Positions 23,834 through 38,717 are shown, numbered from the stretch's first letter. The stretch is DNA of 64,000 bases from Isurus oxyrinchus (GCA_026770705.1 JANJGN010000026.1:30442001-30506000); one strand, 5' to 3'. Made by a program: numbers and translations. Notes: generated by a model from the sequence alone, not told the origin.

Positions 23834-25504
23834 TTATCCAAGCCTGCCAATTTTGAGAGAGGAAAATTTGTGTACGTCATGTGTGTTGTTGAATGTTACC
23901 TGAATCTCACATGCTACAGAAATGGTGCTTTTGCTCTTACCTGGGCCTTGAAATGAATGCAGCAAAATGAGAAATACTGAAATTTCATGACATACTGAGT
24001 AGAAATAGATGTTCGTTTTTTGACTCAGCGCGCATTTTAGCAGTTCGTCTGGCCAGCAACCGAATTTTGTGGGTTCTCGATGCAGATTTACATCGTTACT
24101 CACCATCTCAAAGAGATGTCTCATGCTAAGGTGTGCACATAAGGACAGGCGCAAGCGATGCTTCAATTGAACCAGAGGAAATGACAGACCTGTTACAGAA
24201 TCACTCCTTTAAATATTCGGTCTTCAGCATAGAGTATCAGAAAAAATGACCGAGGGAGTCATGGAAACCGAGGCACAGTGCAGATCTGCTGGCTTCCCCC
24301 CCTGTCTTCTACATGGTTGTGATTAAGGCACCAGAAGGCTTCTCACCTGCAGCAAAGAAGGATCAAATATAATGACTGCATAATTCTCAAAACTGCTCCC
24401 AGTAAAATTCCTGCATTATGTTTAAAAGCTAATTGTACTCAATTTCAAAAGAGCACCACATGGTTTGCATTACCTGTTGATTGGCATTCTTTTGTCTATC
24501 AGTCATGTTTGCAATTCGAGTTTCGGTGTATCTTTCAGAGAGTCTCAATTCAAATGAAGGCAGCAATAACAGATACAATATTAATATTAAATATAGAATA
24601 ACGGAACAAATGCGGAGTGAAGTTTGTTCAATTTTGTCTGCCAAGGATAAGACGGATATTCCTAATAATTGAGCAGAAAGCATTCCACCCGGAGACATTT
24701 GCTGGATGGACACGCCTAGATTTTGAAGTTCAATTAAGCTGAGGCACCAGGCTGAAACGAACAGCTGTCTTCCTGCAACAAGTGACCCTCAGTCCAACCA
24801 TTGGAAACCTCCAAACATTCTGGTAGCTCAGCATTGCCTGGTTTGTTCCACAAATATTTATCCTCTGTTAGATTCCGGTCCAGGATCAAACTGATTTCAA
24901 ACCAAATGAAGTAAATGAAGAATTGAAGCATGCAATCTTGGCAGGGCCCTGCTAAACTCCGGAACAAACATTGTCCTCTGTAATATAGCACCCTCGATTG
25001 AATGGCTGTGGAGCAAAATAATAAGATTGTAAAAATAGTAAAGTTGAAAAATCACACTTTCGCAAGTTGGATATGAGCTCAATTGCATAATTACATCATG
25101 TTCATCTGGCGAAGTACATGAGGAACCCAAGTCCAAATCGTCATGTGAACCTTGTGAGTTAAGGTAACCCAGGCATGGATTCTGCAGAAACGACTTTTTC
25201 AAAAGGGAATTCAGCAATTTAATGAAAGGGAGGAAAAAACTGGTACACTAAGAGAGAGAAGCAATTTGCGATGAGTTAGTGTGCTCGTTTAACAAAGGGG
25301 CCTCGGATCGGACGATAGAAGGGCCTCGTATGCCTTTGATTGGATGCACGGTGCTAGGCCATTTTATGATGACATTGTTACACGAGTCTCGCTGCAGCGT
25401 TCCTGAGAATAGCAGCTGTATTTCATTTCTCCGCAACAGGGACTCAGATTGCTGCAGCGTTACAGCGCAGTTTAGCATTCCAGACAAAGCTTGATGACGT
25501 GTCC

Positions 25505-25577
25505 GTTTCTGTAGTGTAGTGGCTATCACATTCGCCTAACACGCGAAAGGTCCCCGGTTCGAAACCGGGCAGAAACA
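25505..25577 (+). tRNA. TRNAV-AAC: tRNA-Val(AAC)
   Basis: Identical to 1460-1532. Confidence 0.95.
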
Positions 25578-25703
25578 TTATGAAAACTTAATCATTAAAT
25601 ATTTAAGATAATTTGCATCTTTGAAGCTTACCTGAATTTCCAATGTTGCATGCAAATTGCATTTGCTCTCACCGAGGTCATAAAGCGCATGCAGCCAATT
25701 CAG

Positions 25704-25957
25704 AATACCTGCAAAAACTCAGCAAGTCTGGCAGCATCTGCGGAGAGGAACACAGTTAATAAATAGAAAAGAGGTAAAAGGTATATGAGTTTTATATTTC
25801 TCCTCTTTTCCAATTTTACTCAGTTCTGTTGAAGAGTCATACGGACTCGAAACGTTAACTGTCTTCGTCTCCGCAGATGCTGCCAGACCTGCTGAGTTTT
25901 CCAGGTATTCTTATTTTTGTTTTGGATTTGCAGCACCCGCAGTTTTTTGCTTTTATC
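25704..25957 (+). mobile_element. Penelope-like inverted-repeat/hammerhead insertion copy
   Basis: Copy of 1659-1912. Confidence 0.65.
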
Positions 25958-27192
25958 TGCAGCAAAATCAGCACGTCTTTCGATGCAGCTTAAAACAGTT
26001 ACTCACCATGTCAAAGGTATCTCATAGTAACGTGTGCTCATAAAGACAGACAAAGAGTGATCAGATCTAATTAACGCATCATTTTCAAGCCTGTTCCCAG
26101 TGAAATTCTTGCATTTTGTTTAAAAGCTAACTGCGCTCGATTTCAAATGAGCACCATATGATTTGCATACCTGTTGACTGACATTCTTTCGTCTATCAGT
26201 CATGTTTGCAATTCGGGGCTGGTGTATATTTCAGAGAGTTTCAATTCAGACGAAGGCATGAATAACAGATAAAATATGAATATTAAATATAGAATAACGG
26301 AACAAGTACTGAGTTTCTTTAATTTCGTCTTCCAAGGATGAGAAGGATGTTCCTGATGATTGAGCAGAAAGCATTGCACTCGGAGACATTTGCTGGACGG
26401 ACACGTCTACATTTTGAAATTCAAAACAAGCTGAGGCACCAGGGTGAAAACAAACAGTTGCTTCCCTGCAGCAAGTGACATGGACCCTCAGTCCAGCCAT
26501 TGGAAACCTTCAAACACCCTGGTGGCTCAGCTCTGCCCAGTTTGTTCCACAAATATTTATCCTCTGTTAGATTCCGGTCCAGGATCAAAATTATTTCAAA
26601 CCAAATGAAGTAAAGGAACAATTGAAGCACGTGATCTTGGCCGGGGCCTGTTAAACTTCGGAACAAAAATTTTGCTCTCGGTTGAAGGCGAATGGAGCAA
26701 AAGTAATAAGATTGTAAAAATAGTAAGGTTGAAAAAATAACACTTTCGCAAATTCGATGTGAGATCAATTGCATAATTACATCATGTACATCTGGTAAAG
26801 TATATTAGGAAGCCAAGTCCAAATCGTCATGTGAACCTTGTCAATTAAGGCAGAGCAAGCATGGATTCTGCAGAAATGACTTGTTCAAAAGAGAATTAAG
26901 TAATTTAATGAAATGGAGAAGAAATAGCTCATTAATAGAGAGAAGCAAATGATGATGAATTCGTTTTCTCGTTTAAAAAGGGGCCTGAGATCGGATGTTG
27001 GAAGGGCCGCTTTTGTCATTGTTTGGATACGTGGGTGCTAGGCCATTTTATGAGTACATTGTTCCATCGGTCTCGCTGCAGCGTTCCTGAGAACTGCAGC
27101 TGTATTCCATTTCTCCGCAATAGAGACCCAGATTGCTGCAGCGTTACAGCGCAGTTCAGCATTCCGGACAGGACTTATGAGACCTCACGGCA

Positions 27193-27265
27193 GTTTCTGT
27201 AGAGTAGTGGTTATCACGTTCGCCTCACACGCGGAAGGTCCCCGGTTCGAAACCGGGCAGAAACA
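27193..27265 (+). tRNA. TRNAV-CAC: tRNA-Val(CAC), T11A + A42G variant
   Basis: GTAGAGTAG gives an A11.A24 mismatch in the D stem/A box; GCGGA gives a U28.G42 wobble. Possibly impaired. Confidence 0.82.
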
Positions 27266-28747
27266 TTATGCAAACTTCTTCATTAAATATGAGGCTAATT
27301 TGCGTCGTTGAAGCCTCCATGAATCTCCTATGGTGCAGGCGATATTGCATTTGCTCTCACCGAGGTCTCAAAATGAATGCAGCAAAATCAGCACCTGCTG
27401 AGATTCCATGACACACTTGAGTGGATAGATGTTCGTAGTTTACTGCGCTTACATCTTAGCAGCTCGTTTAGTCAACACGATAAATCCATGGACTTTTCGA
27501 TGCACTTACGAAAGTTACTCACCGTGTCAAAGGTTTCTCAGTGTAACGTGTGCTCTTAAAGACAGACAAAGAGGGATCAGATTTATTAATGCATCATTCC
27601 CAAGCCTTTTTCCTGTAAAATTCTTTGATTTTGTTGAAATGCTGACTGTTGTGCTACATCTCACATCAGACCCATAGCAAATGCATTACCTGGTGACTTA
27701 CATTCTTTTGTTTGACAATCAAGTTTGCAATTCGATGTTGTCGTTTTCAGAGAGCATCAAGTCAACCAAGGGCATCACTGTCAAATACATTATTACTGAA
27801 TGGTGGATAAGGTAAAACAAATTGCTGAGAAAAGTTTGTTGAATTTCTTCTGCCGAGGAGAAGTGTGTTCATAATGATTTACCCGGAAGTATTGCTGCCT
27901 AAGACATTTGCTGAACCGAGCCTTCTGCATTTTGAAATTCAAACAAACAGCGGCACCAGGTGGAAACTAAGAATTGTCTTTCTGTAACAAGTGACATGAC
28001 CTCTCAGTCTAACCATTGCAATCCTCCAAACATTCTGGTAGATCAGCACTATCCTGTTTCCTAGAGAAATATATATTCTGTAAAATTACATTCCCAGAAC
28101 AAAATTATATTTAAACAACTGAACGAAACGACCTCTTACAGCATGTGATCCTGACAGGGCTCTGTTTAACTGTAGCAATCATTTTCCTCTGTGATATAAC
28201 ACCCTGGATTAATGAGTCATGGAGCAAATGTAATCAGATTGTGGAAATAATTCAGAAATAATGAGATGTTTGATCAGAAAAGTAAGCATTTTCGTCAATT
28301 CGATATGAAAACAAGAGATAAGTAAATAATGTTCATATGCATAGCTATGTATGGAACACAAGTCTAAACCTTCATGGCACTGGGCGAGGGAAACGTTGTT
28401 AATTCAGGCAAACTAGGCTTGGTATCTGCGCAAACTCCTTTTTCAAAAGGGAATGATGCAATTAGTTGCCATGCGGAAAAATAACAAGTTCACTAATAGA
28501 GAGAAGGAAACTGGGATTAATTCGATGGCTCTTTAAAAAAACTGACAGAGAAAAGATGATGGAAGGGCCATTGCATGGATACATGGTGTTAAGCCATTTT
28601 ATGATGACATTGTTATTGAGTCTGTCTGCAGCATTCCCAATTATAGCAGCTGAATTCCAGTTGTCCCATCCAAAGAGCCAAAGCGCTGCTGCATGACATC
28701 ACAGTTTACCATTCCAGATAGATTCACTGCAGTCATGTCTGGCCAAT

Positions 28748-28820
28748 GTTTCTGTAGTGTAGCGGTTGTCACGTTTGCCTCACACGCGAAAAATCACCGG
28801 TTTGAAACCAGGCAGAAACC
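28748..28820 (+). pseudogene. tRNA-Val(CAC) pseudogene
   Basis: Mutated B box and T stem, C73. Confidence 0.85.
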
Positions 28821-30491
28821 TTATCCAAGCCTGCCAATTTTGAGAGAGGAAAATTTGTGTACGTCATGTGTGTTGTTGAATGTTACCTGAATCTCACATG
28901 CTACAGAAATGGTGCTTTTGCTCTTACCTGGGCCTTGAAATGAATGCAGCAAAATGAGAAATACTGAAATTTCATGACATACTGAGTAGAAATAGATGTT
29001 CGTTTTTTGACTCAGCGCGCATTTTAGCAGTTCGTCTGGCCAGCAACCGAATTTTGTGGGTTCTCGATGCAGATTTACATCGTTACTCACCATCTCAAAG
29101 AGATGTCTCATGCTAAGGTGTGCACATAAGGACAGGCGCAAGCGATGCTTCAATTGAACCAGAGGAAATGACAGACCTGTTACAGAATCACTCCTTTAAA
29201 TATTCGGTCTTCAGCATAGAGTATCAGAAAAAATGACCGAGGGAGTCATGGAAACCGAGGCACAGTGCAGATCTGCTGGCTTCCCCCCCTGTCTTCTACA
29301 TGGTTGTGATTAAGGCACCAGAAGGCTTCTCACCTGCAGCAAAGAAGGATCAAATATAATGACTGCATAATTCTCAAAACTGCTCCCAGTAAAATTCCTG
29401 CATTATGTTTAAAAGCTAATTGTACTCAATTTCAAAAGAGCACCACATGGTTTGCATTACCTGTTGATTGGCATTCTTTTGTCTATCAGTCATGTTTGCA
29501 ATTCGAGTTTCGGTGTATCTTTCAGAGAGTCTCAATTCAAATGAAGGCAGCAATAACAGATACAATATTAATATTAAATATAGAATAACGGAACAAATGC
29601 GGAGTGAAGTTTGTTCAATTTTGTCTGCCAAGGATAAGACGGATATTCCTAATAATTGAGCAGAAAGCATTCCACCCGGAGACATTTGCTGGATGGACAC
29701 GCCTACATTTTGAAGTTCAATTAAGCTGAGGCACCAGGCTGAAACGAACAGCTGTCTTCCTGCAACAAGTGACCCTCAGTCCAACCATTGGAAACCTCCA
29801 AACATTCTGGTAGCTCAGCATTGCCTGGTTTGTTCCACAAATATTTATCCTCTGTTAGATTCCGGTCCAGGATCAAACTGATTTCAAACCAAATGAAGTA
29901 AATGAAGAATTGAAGCATGCAATCTTGGCAGGGCCCTGCTAAACTCCGGAACAAACATTGTCCTCTGTAATATAGCACCCTCGATTGAATGGCTGTGGAG
30001 CAAAATAATAAGATTGTAAAAATAGTAAGGTTGAAAAATCACACTTTCGCAAGTTGGATATGAGCTCAATTGCATAATTACATCATGTTCATCTGGCGAA
30101 GTACATGAGGAACCCAAGTCCAAATCGTCATGTGAACCTTGTGAGTTAAGGTAACCCAGGCATGGATTCTGCAGAAACGACTTTTTCAAAAGGGAATTCA
30201 GCAATTTAATGAAAGGGAGGAAAAAACTGGTACACTAAGAGAGAGAAGCAATTTGCGATGAGTTAGTGTGCTCGTTTAACAAAGGGGCCTCGGATCGGAC
30301 GATAGAAGGGCCTCGTATGCCTTTGATTGGATGCACGGTGCTAGGCCATTTTATGATGACATTGTTACACGAGTCTCGCTGCAGCGTTCCTGAGAATAGC
30401 AGCTGTATTTCATTTCTCCGCAACAGGGACTCAGATTGCTGCAGCGTTACAGCGCAGTTTAGCATTCCAGACAAAGCTTGATGACGTGTCC

Positions 30492-30564
30492 GTTTCTGTA
30501 GTGTAGTGGCTATCACATTCGCCTAACACGCGAAAGGTCCCCGGTTCGAAACCGGGCAGAAACA
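30492..30564 (+). tRNA. TRNAV-AAC: tRNA-Val(AAC)
   Basis: Identical to 1460-1532. Confidence 0.95.
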
Positions 30565-30690
30565 TTATGAAAACTTAATCATTAAATATTTAAGATAATT
30601 TGCATCTTTGAAGCTTACCTGAATTTCCAATGTTGCATGCAAATTGCATTTGCTCTCACCGAGGTCATAAAGCGCATGCAGCCAATTCAG

Positions 30691-30944
30691 AATACCTGCA
30701 AAAACTCAGCAAGTCTGGCAGCATCTGCGGAGAGGAACACAGTTAATAAATAGAAAAGAGGTAAAAGGTATATGAGTTTTATATTTCTCCTCTTTTCCAA
30801 TTTTACTCAGTTCTGTTGAAGAGTCATACGGACTCGAAACGTTAACTGTCTTCGTCTCCGCAGATGCTGCCAGACCTGCTGAGTTTTCCAGGTATTCTTA
30901 TTTTTGTTTTGGATTTGCAGCACCCGCAGTTTTTTGCTTTTATC
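30691..30944 (+). mobile_element. Penelope-like inverted-repeat/hammerhead insertion copy
   Basis: Copy of 1659-1912. Confidence 0.65.
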
Positions 30945-32179
30945 TGCAGCAAAATCAGCACGTCTTTCGATGCAGCTTAAAACAGTTACTCACCATGTCA
31001 AAGGTATCTCATAGTAACGTGTGCTCATAAAGACAGACAAAGAGTGATCAGATCTAATTAACGCATCATTTTCAAGCCTGTTCCCAGTGAAATTCTTGCA
31101 TTTTGTTTAAAAGCTAACTGCGCTCGATTTCAAATGAGCACCATATGATTTGCATACCTGTTGACTGACATTCTTTCGTCTATCAGTCATGTTTGCAATT
31201 CGGGGCTGGTGTATATTTCAGAGAGTTTCAATTCAGACGAAGGCATGAATAACAGATAAAATATGAATATTAAATATAGAATAACGGAACAAGTACTGAG
31301 TTTCTTTAATTTCGTCTTCCAAGGATGAGAAGGATGTTCCTGATGATTGAGCAGAAAGCATTGCACTCGGAGACATTTGCTGGACGGACACGTCTACATT
31401 TTGAAATTCAAAACAAGCTGAGGCACCAGGGTGAAAACAAACAGTTGCTTCCCTGCAGCAAGTGACATGGACCCTCAGTCCAGCCATTGGAAACCTTCAA
31501 ACACCCTGGTGGCTCAGCTCTGCCCAGTTTGTTCCACAAATATTTATCCTCTGTTAGATTCCGGTCCAGGATCAAAATTATTTCAAACCAAATGAAGTAA
31601 AGGAACAATTGAAGCACGTGATCTTGGCCGGGGCCTGTTAAACTTCGGAACAAAAATTTTGCTCTCGGTTGAAGGCGAATGGAGCAAAAGTAATAAGATT
31701 GTAAAAATAGTAAGGTTGAAAAAATAACACTTTCGCAAATTCGATGTGAGATCAATTGCATAATTACATCATGTACATCTGGTAAAGTATATTAGGAAGC
31801 CAAGTCCAAATCGTCGTGTGAACCTTGTCAATTAAGGCAGAGCAAGCATGGATTCTGCAGAAATGACTTGTTCAAAAGAGAATTAAGTAATTTAATAAAA
31901 GGGAGAAGAAATAGCTCATTAATAGAGAGAAGCAAATGATGATGAATTCGTTTTCTCGTTTAAAAAGGGGCCTGAGATCGGATGTTGGAAGGGCCGCTTT
32001 TGTCATTGTTTGGATACGTGGGTGCTAGGCCATTTTATGAGTACATTGTTCCATCGGTCTCGCTGCAGCGTTCCTGAGAACTGCAGCTGTATTCCATTTC
32101 TCCGCAATAGAGACCCAGATTGCTGCAGCGTTACAGCGCAGTTCAGCATTCCGGACAGGACTTATGAGACCTCACGGCA

Positions 32180-32252
32180 GTTTCTGTAGAGTAGTGGTTA
32201 TCACGTTCGCCTCACACGCGGAAGGTCCCCGGTTCGAAACCGGGCAGAAACA
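32180..32252 (+). tRNA. TRNAV-CAC: tRNA-Val(CAC), T11A + A42G variant
   Basis: Same two changes as 27193-27265. Confidence 0.82.
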
Positions 32253-33734
32253 TTATGCAAACTTCTTCATTAAATATGAGGCTAATTTGCGTCGTTGAAG
32301 CCTCCATGAATCTCCTATGGTGCAGGCGATATTGCATTTGCTCTCACCGAGGTCTCAAAATGAATGCAGCAAAATCAGCACCTGCTGAGATTCCATGACA
32401 CACTTGAGTGGATAGATGTTCGTAGTTTACTGCGCTTACATCTTAGCAGCTCGTTTAGTCAACACGATAAATCCATGGACTTTTCGATGCACTTACGAAA
32501 GTTACTCACCGTGTCAAAGGTTTCTCAGTGTAACGTGTGCTCTTAAAGACAGACAAAGAGGGATCAGATTTATTAATGCATCATTCCCAAGCCTTTTTCC
32601 TGTAAAATTCTTTGATTTTGTTGAAATGCTGACTGTTGTGCTACATCTCACATCAGACCCATAGCAAATGCATTACCTGGTGACTTACATTCTTTTGTTT
32701 GACAATCAAGTTTGCAATTCGATGTTGTCGTTTTCAGAGAGCATCAAGTCAACCAAGGGCATCACTGTCAAATACATTATTACTGAATGGTGGATAAGGT
32801 AAAACAAATTGCTGAGAAAAGTTTGTTGAATTTCTTCTGCCGAGGAGAAGTGTGTTCATAATGATTTACCCGGAAGTATTGCTGCCTAAGACATTTGCTG
32901 AACCGAGCCTTCTGCATTTTGAAATTCAAACAAACAGCGGCACCAGGTGGAAACTAAGAATTGTCTTTCTGTAACAAGTGACATGACCTCTCAGTCTAAC
33001 CATTGCAATCCTCCAAACATTCTGGTAGATCAGCACTATCCTGTTTCCTAGAGAAATATATATTCTGTAAAATTACATTCCCAGAACAAAATTATATTTA
33101 AACAACTGAACGAAACGACCTCTTACAGCATGTGATCCTGACAGGGCTCTGTTTAACTGTAGCAATCATTTTCCTCTGTGATATAACACCCTGGATTAAT
33201 GAGTCATGGAGCAAATGTAATCAGATTGTGGAAATAATTCAGAAATAATGAGATGTTTGATCAGAAAAGTAAGCATTTTCGTCAATTCGATATGAAAACA
33301 AGAGATAAGTAAATAATGTTCATATGCATAGCTATGTATGGAACACAAGTCTAAACCTTCATGGCACTGGGCGAGGGAAACGTTGTTAATTCAGGCAAAC
33401 TAGGCTTGGTATCTGCGCAAACTCCTTTTTCAAAAGGGAATGATGCAATTAGTTGCCATGCGGAAAAATAACAAGTTCACTAATAGAGAGAAGGAAACTG
33501 GGATTAATTCGATGGCTCTTTAAAAAAACTGACAGAGAAAAGATGATGGAAGGGCCATTGCATGGATACATGGTGTTAAGCCATTTTATGATGACATTGT
33601 TATTGAGTCTGTCTGCAGCATTCCCAATTATAGCAGCTGAATTCCAGTTGTCCCATCCAAAGAGCCAAAGCGCTGCTGCATGACATCACAGTTTACCATT
33701 CCAGATAGATTCACTGCAGTCATGTCTGGCCAAT

Positions 33735-33807
33735 GTTTCTGTAGTGTAGCGGTTGTCACGTTTGCCTCACACGCGAAAAATCACCGGTTTGAAACCAGGC
33801 AGAAACC
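33735..33807 (+). pseudogene. tRNA-Val(CAC) pseudogene
   Basis: Mutated B box and T stem, C73. Confidence 0.85.
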
Positions 33808-35478
33808 TTATCCAAGCCTGCCAATTTTGAGAGAGGAAAATTTGTGTACGTCATGTGTGTTGTTGAATGTTACCTGAATCTCACATGCTACAGAAATGGT
33901 GCTTTTGCTCTTACCTGGGCCTTGAAATGAATGCAGCAAAATGAGAAATACTGAAATTTCATGACATACTGAGTAGAAATAGATGTTCGTTTTTTGACTC
34001 AGCGCGCATTTTAGCAGTTCGTCTGGCCAGCAACCGAATTTTGTGGGTTCTCGATGCAGATTTACATCGTTACTCACCATCTCAAAGAGATGTCTCATGC
34101 TAAGGTGTGCACATAAGGACAGGCGCAAGCGATGCTTCAATTGAACCAGAGGAAATGACAGACCTGTTACAGAATCACTCCTTTAAATATTCGGTCTTCA
34201 GCATAGAGTATCAGAAAAAATGACCGAGGGAGTCATGGAAACCGAGGCACAGTGCAGATCTGCTGGCTTCCCCCCCTGTCTTCTACATGGTTGTGATTAA
34301 GGCACCAGAAGGCTTCTCACCTGCAGCAAAGAAGGATCAAATATAATGACTGCATAATTCTCAAAACTGCTCCCAGTAAAATTCCTGCATTATGTTTAAA
34401 AGCTAATTGTACTCAATTTCAAAAGAGCACCACATGGTTTGCATTACCTGTTGATTGGCATTCTTTTGTCTATCAGTCATGTTTGCAATTCGAGTTTCGG
34501 TGTATCTTTCAGAGAGTCTCAATTCAAATGAAGGCAGCAATAACAGATACAATATTAATATTAAATATAGAATAACGGAACAAATGCGGAGTGAAGTTTG
34601 TTCAATTTTGTCTGCCAAGGATAAGACGGATATTCCTAATAATTGAGCAGAAAGCATTCCACCCGGAGACATTTGCTGGATGGACACGCCTACATTTTGA
34701 AGTTCAATTAAGCTGAGGCACCAGGCTGAAACGAACAGCTGTCTTCCTGCAACAAGTGACCCTCAGTCCAACCATTGGAAACCTCCAAACATTCTGGTAG
34801 CTCAGCATTGCCTGGTTTGTTCCACAAATATTTATCCTCTGTTAGATTCCGGTCCAGGATCAAACTGATTTCAAACCAAATGAAGTAAATGAAGAATTGA
34901 AGCATGCAATCTTGGCAGGGCCCTGCTAAACTCCGGAACAAACATTGTCCTCTGTAATATAGCACCCTCGATTGAATGGCTGTGGAGCAAAATAATAAGA
35001 TTGTAAAAATAGTAAGGTTGAAAAATCACACTTTCGCAAGTTGGATATGAGCTCAATTGCATAATTACATCATGTTCATCTGGCGAAGTACATGAGGAAC
35101 CCAAGTCCAAATCGTCATGTGAACCTTGTGAGTTAAGGTAACCCAGGCATGGATTCTGCAGAAACGACTTTTTCAAAAGGGAATTCAGCAATTTAATGAA
35201 AGGGAGGAAAAAACTGGTACACTAAGAGAGAGAAGCAATTTGCGATGAGTTAGTGTGCTCGTTTAACAAAGGGGCCTCGGATCGGACGATAGAAGGGCCT
35301 CGTATGCCTTTGATTGGATGCACGGTGCTAGGCCATTTTATGATGACATTGTTACACGAGTCTCGCTGCAGCGTTCCTGAGAATAGCAGCTGTATTTCAT
35401 TTCTCCGCAACAGGGACTCAGATTGCTGCAGCGTTACAGCGCAGTTTAGCATTCCAGACAAAGCTTGATGACGTGTCC

Positions 35479-35551
35479 GTTTCTGTAGTGTAGTGGCTAT
35501 CACATTCGCCTAACACGCGAAAGGTCCCCGGTTCGAAACCGGGCAGAAACA
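35479..35551 (+). tRNA. TRNAV-AAC: tRNA-Val(AAC)
   Basis: Identical to 1460-1532. Confidence 0.95.
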
Positions 35552-35677
35552 TTATGAAAACTTAATCATTAAATATTTAAGATAATTTGCATCTTTGAAG
35601 CTTACCTGAATTTCCAATGTTGCATGCAAATTGCATTTGCTCTCACCGAGGTCATAAAGCGCATGCAGCCAATTCAG

Positions 35678-35931
35678 AATACCTGCAAAAACTCAGCAAG
35701 TCTGGCAGCATCTGCGGAGAGGAACACAGTTAATAAATAGAAAAGAGGTAAAAGGTATATGAGTTTTATATTTCTCCTCTTTTCCAATTTTACTCAGTTC
35801 TGTTGAAGAGTCATACGGACTCGAAACGTTAACTGTCTTCGTCTCCGCAGATGCTGCCAGACCTGCTGAGTTTTCCAGGTATTCTTATTTTTGTTTTGGA
35901 TTTGCAGCACCCGCAGTTTTTTGCTTTTATC
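35678..35931 (+). mobile_element. Penelope-like inverted-repeat/hammerhead insertion copy
   Basis: Copy of 1659-1912. Confidence 0.65.
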
Positions 35932-37166
35932 TGCAGCAAAATCAGCACGTCTTTCGATGCAGCTTAAAACAGTTACTCACCATGTCAAAGGTATCTCATA
36001 GTAACGTGTGCTCATAAAGACAGACAAAGAGTGATCAGATCTAATTAACGCATCATTTTCAAGCCTGTTCCCAGTGAAATTCTTGCATTTTGTTTAAAAG
36101 CTAACTGCGCTCGATTTCAAATGAGCACCATATGATTTGCATACCTGTTGACTGACATTCTTTCGTCTATCAGTCATGTTTGCAATTCGGGGCTGGTGTA
36201 TATTTCAGAGAGTTTCAATTCAGACGAAGGCATGAATAACAGATAAAATATGAATATTAAATATAGAATAACGGAACAAGTACTGAGTTTCTTTAATTTC
36301 GTCTTCCAAGGATGAGAAGGATGTTCCTGATGATTGAGCAGAAAGCATTGCACTCGGAGACATTTGCTGGACGGACACGTCTACATTTTGAAATTCAAAA
36401 CAAGCTGAGGCACCAGGGTGAAAACAAACAGTTGCTTCCCTGCAGCAAGTGACATGGACCCTCAGTCCAGCCATTGGAAACCTTCAAACACCCTGGTGGC
36501 TCAGCTCTGCCCAGTTTGTTCCACAAATATTTATCCTCTGTTAGATTCCGGTCCAGGATCAAAATTATTTCAAACCAAATGAAGTAAAGGAACAATTGAA
36601 GCACGTGATCTTGGCCGGGGCCTGTTAAACTTCGGAACAAAAATTTTGCTCTCGGTTGAAGGCGAATGGAGCAAAAGTAATAAGATTGTAAAAATAGTAA
36701 GGTTGAAAAAATAACACTTTCGCAAATTCGATGTGAGATCAATTGCATAATTACATCATGTACATCTGGTAAAGTATATTAGGAAGCCAAGTCCAAATCG
36801 TCGTGTGAACCTTGTCAATTAAGGCAGAGCAAGCATGGATTCTGCAGAAATGACTTGTTCAAAAGAGAATTAAGTAATTTAATAAAAGGGAGAAGAAATA
36901 GCTCATTAATAGAGAGAAGCAAATGATGATGAATTCGTTTTCTCGTTTAAAAATGGGCCTGAGATCGGATGTTGGAAGGGCCGCTTTTGTCATTGTTTGG
37001 ATACGTGGGTGCTAGGCCATTTTATGAGTACATTGTTACATCGGTCTCGCTGCAGCGTTCCTGAGAACTGCAGCTGTATTCCATTTCTCCGCAATAGAGA
37101 CCCAGATTGCTGCAGCGTTACAGCGCAGTTCAGCATTCCGGACAGGACTTGTGAGACCGCACGGCA

Positions 37167-37239
37167 GTTTCTGTAGTGTAGTGGTTATCACGTTCGCCTC
37201 ACACGCGAAAGGTCCCCGGTTCGAAACCGGGCAGAAACA
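37167..37239 (+). tRNA. TRNAV-CAC: tRNA-Val(CAC)
   Basis: Identical to 3147-3219. Confidence 0.95.
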
Positions 37240-38717
37240 TTATGCAAACCTCGTCATTAAATATGAGGCTAATTTGCGTCGTTGAAGCCTCCATGAATCT
37301 CCTATGGTGCAGGCGATATTGCATTTGCTCTCACCGAGGTCTCAAAATGAATGCAGCAAAATCAGCACCTGCTGAGATTCCATGACACACTTGAGTGGAT
37401 AGATGTTGGTAGTTCACTGCGCTTACATATTAGCAGCTCGTTTAGTCAACACGATAAATCCATGGACTTTTCGATGCACTTACGAAAGTTACTCACCGTG
37501 TCAAAGGTTTCTCAGTGTAACGTGTGCTCTTAAAGACAAAGAGGGATCAGATTTATTAATGCATCATTCCCAAGCCTTTTTCCTGTAAAATTCTTTGATT
37601 TTGTTGAAATATTGACTGTTGTGCTACATCTCACATCAGACCCATAGCAAATGCATTACCTGGTGACTTACATTCTTTTGTTTGACAATCAAGTTTGCAA
37701 TTCGATGTTTTCGTTTTCAGAGAGCATCAAGTCAACCAAGGGCATCACTGTCAAATACATTATTACTGAATGGTGGATAAGGTAAAACAAATTGCTGAGA
37801 AAAGTTTGTTGAATTTCTTCTGCCGAGGAGAAGTGTGTTCATAATGATTTACCCGGAAGTATTGCTGCCTAAGACATTTGCTGAACCGAGCCTTCTGCAT
37901 TTTGAAATTCAAACAAACAGCGGCACCAGGTGGAAACTAAGAATTGTCTTTCTGTAACAAGTGACATGACCTCTCAGTCTAACCATTGCAATCCTCCAAA
38001 CATTCTGGTAGATCAGCACTATCCTGTTTCCTAGAGAAATATATATTCTGTAAAATTACATTCCCAGAACAAAATTATATTTAAACAACTGAACGAAACG
38101 ACCTCTTACAGCATGTGATCCTGACAGGGCTCTGTTTAACTGTAGCAATCATTTTCCTCTGTGATATAACACCCTGGATTAATGAGTCATGGAGCAAATG
38201 TAATCAGATTGTGGAAATAATTCAGAAATAATGAGATGTTTGATCAGAAAAGTAAGCATTTTCGTCAATTCGATATGAAAACAAGAGATAAGTAAATAAT
38301 GTTCATATGCATAGCTACGTATGGAACACAAGTCTAAACCTTCATGGCACTGGGCGAGGGAAACGTTGTTAATTCAGGCAAACTAGGCTTGGTATCTGCG
38401 CAAACTCCTTCTTCAAAAGGGAATGATGCAATTAGGTGCTATGCAGAAAAATAACAAGTTCACTAATAGAGAGAAGGAAACTGGGATTAATTCGTTGGCT
38501 CTTGAAAAAAACTGACAGAGAAAAGATGATGGAAGGGCCATTGCATGGATACATGGTGTTAAGCCATTTTATGATGACATTGTTATTGAGTCTGTCTGCA
38601 GCATTCCCAATTATAGCAGCTGAATTCCATTTGTCCCATCCAAAGAGCCAAAGCGCTGCTGCATGACATCACAGTTTACCATTCCAGATAGATTCACTGC
38701 AGTCATGTCTGGCCAAT

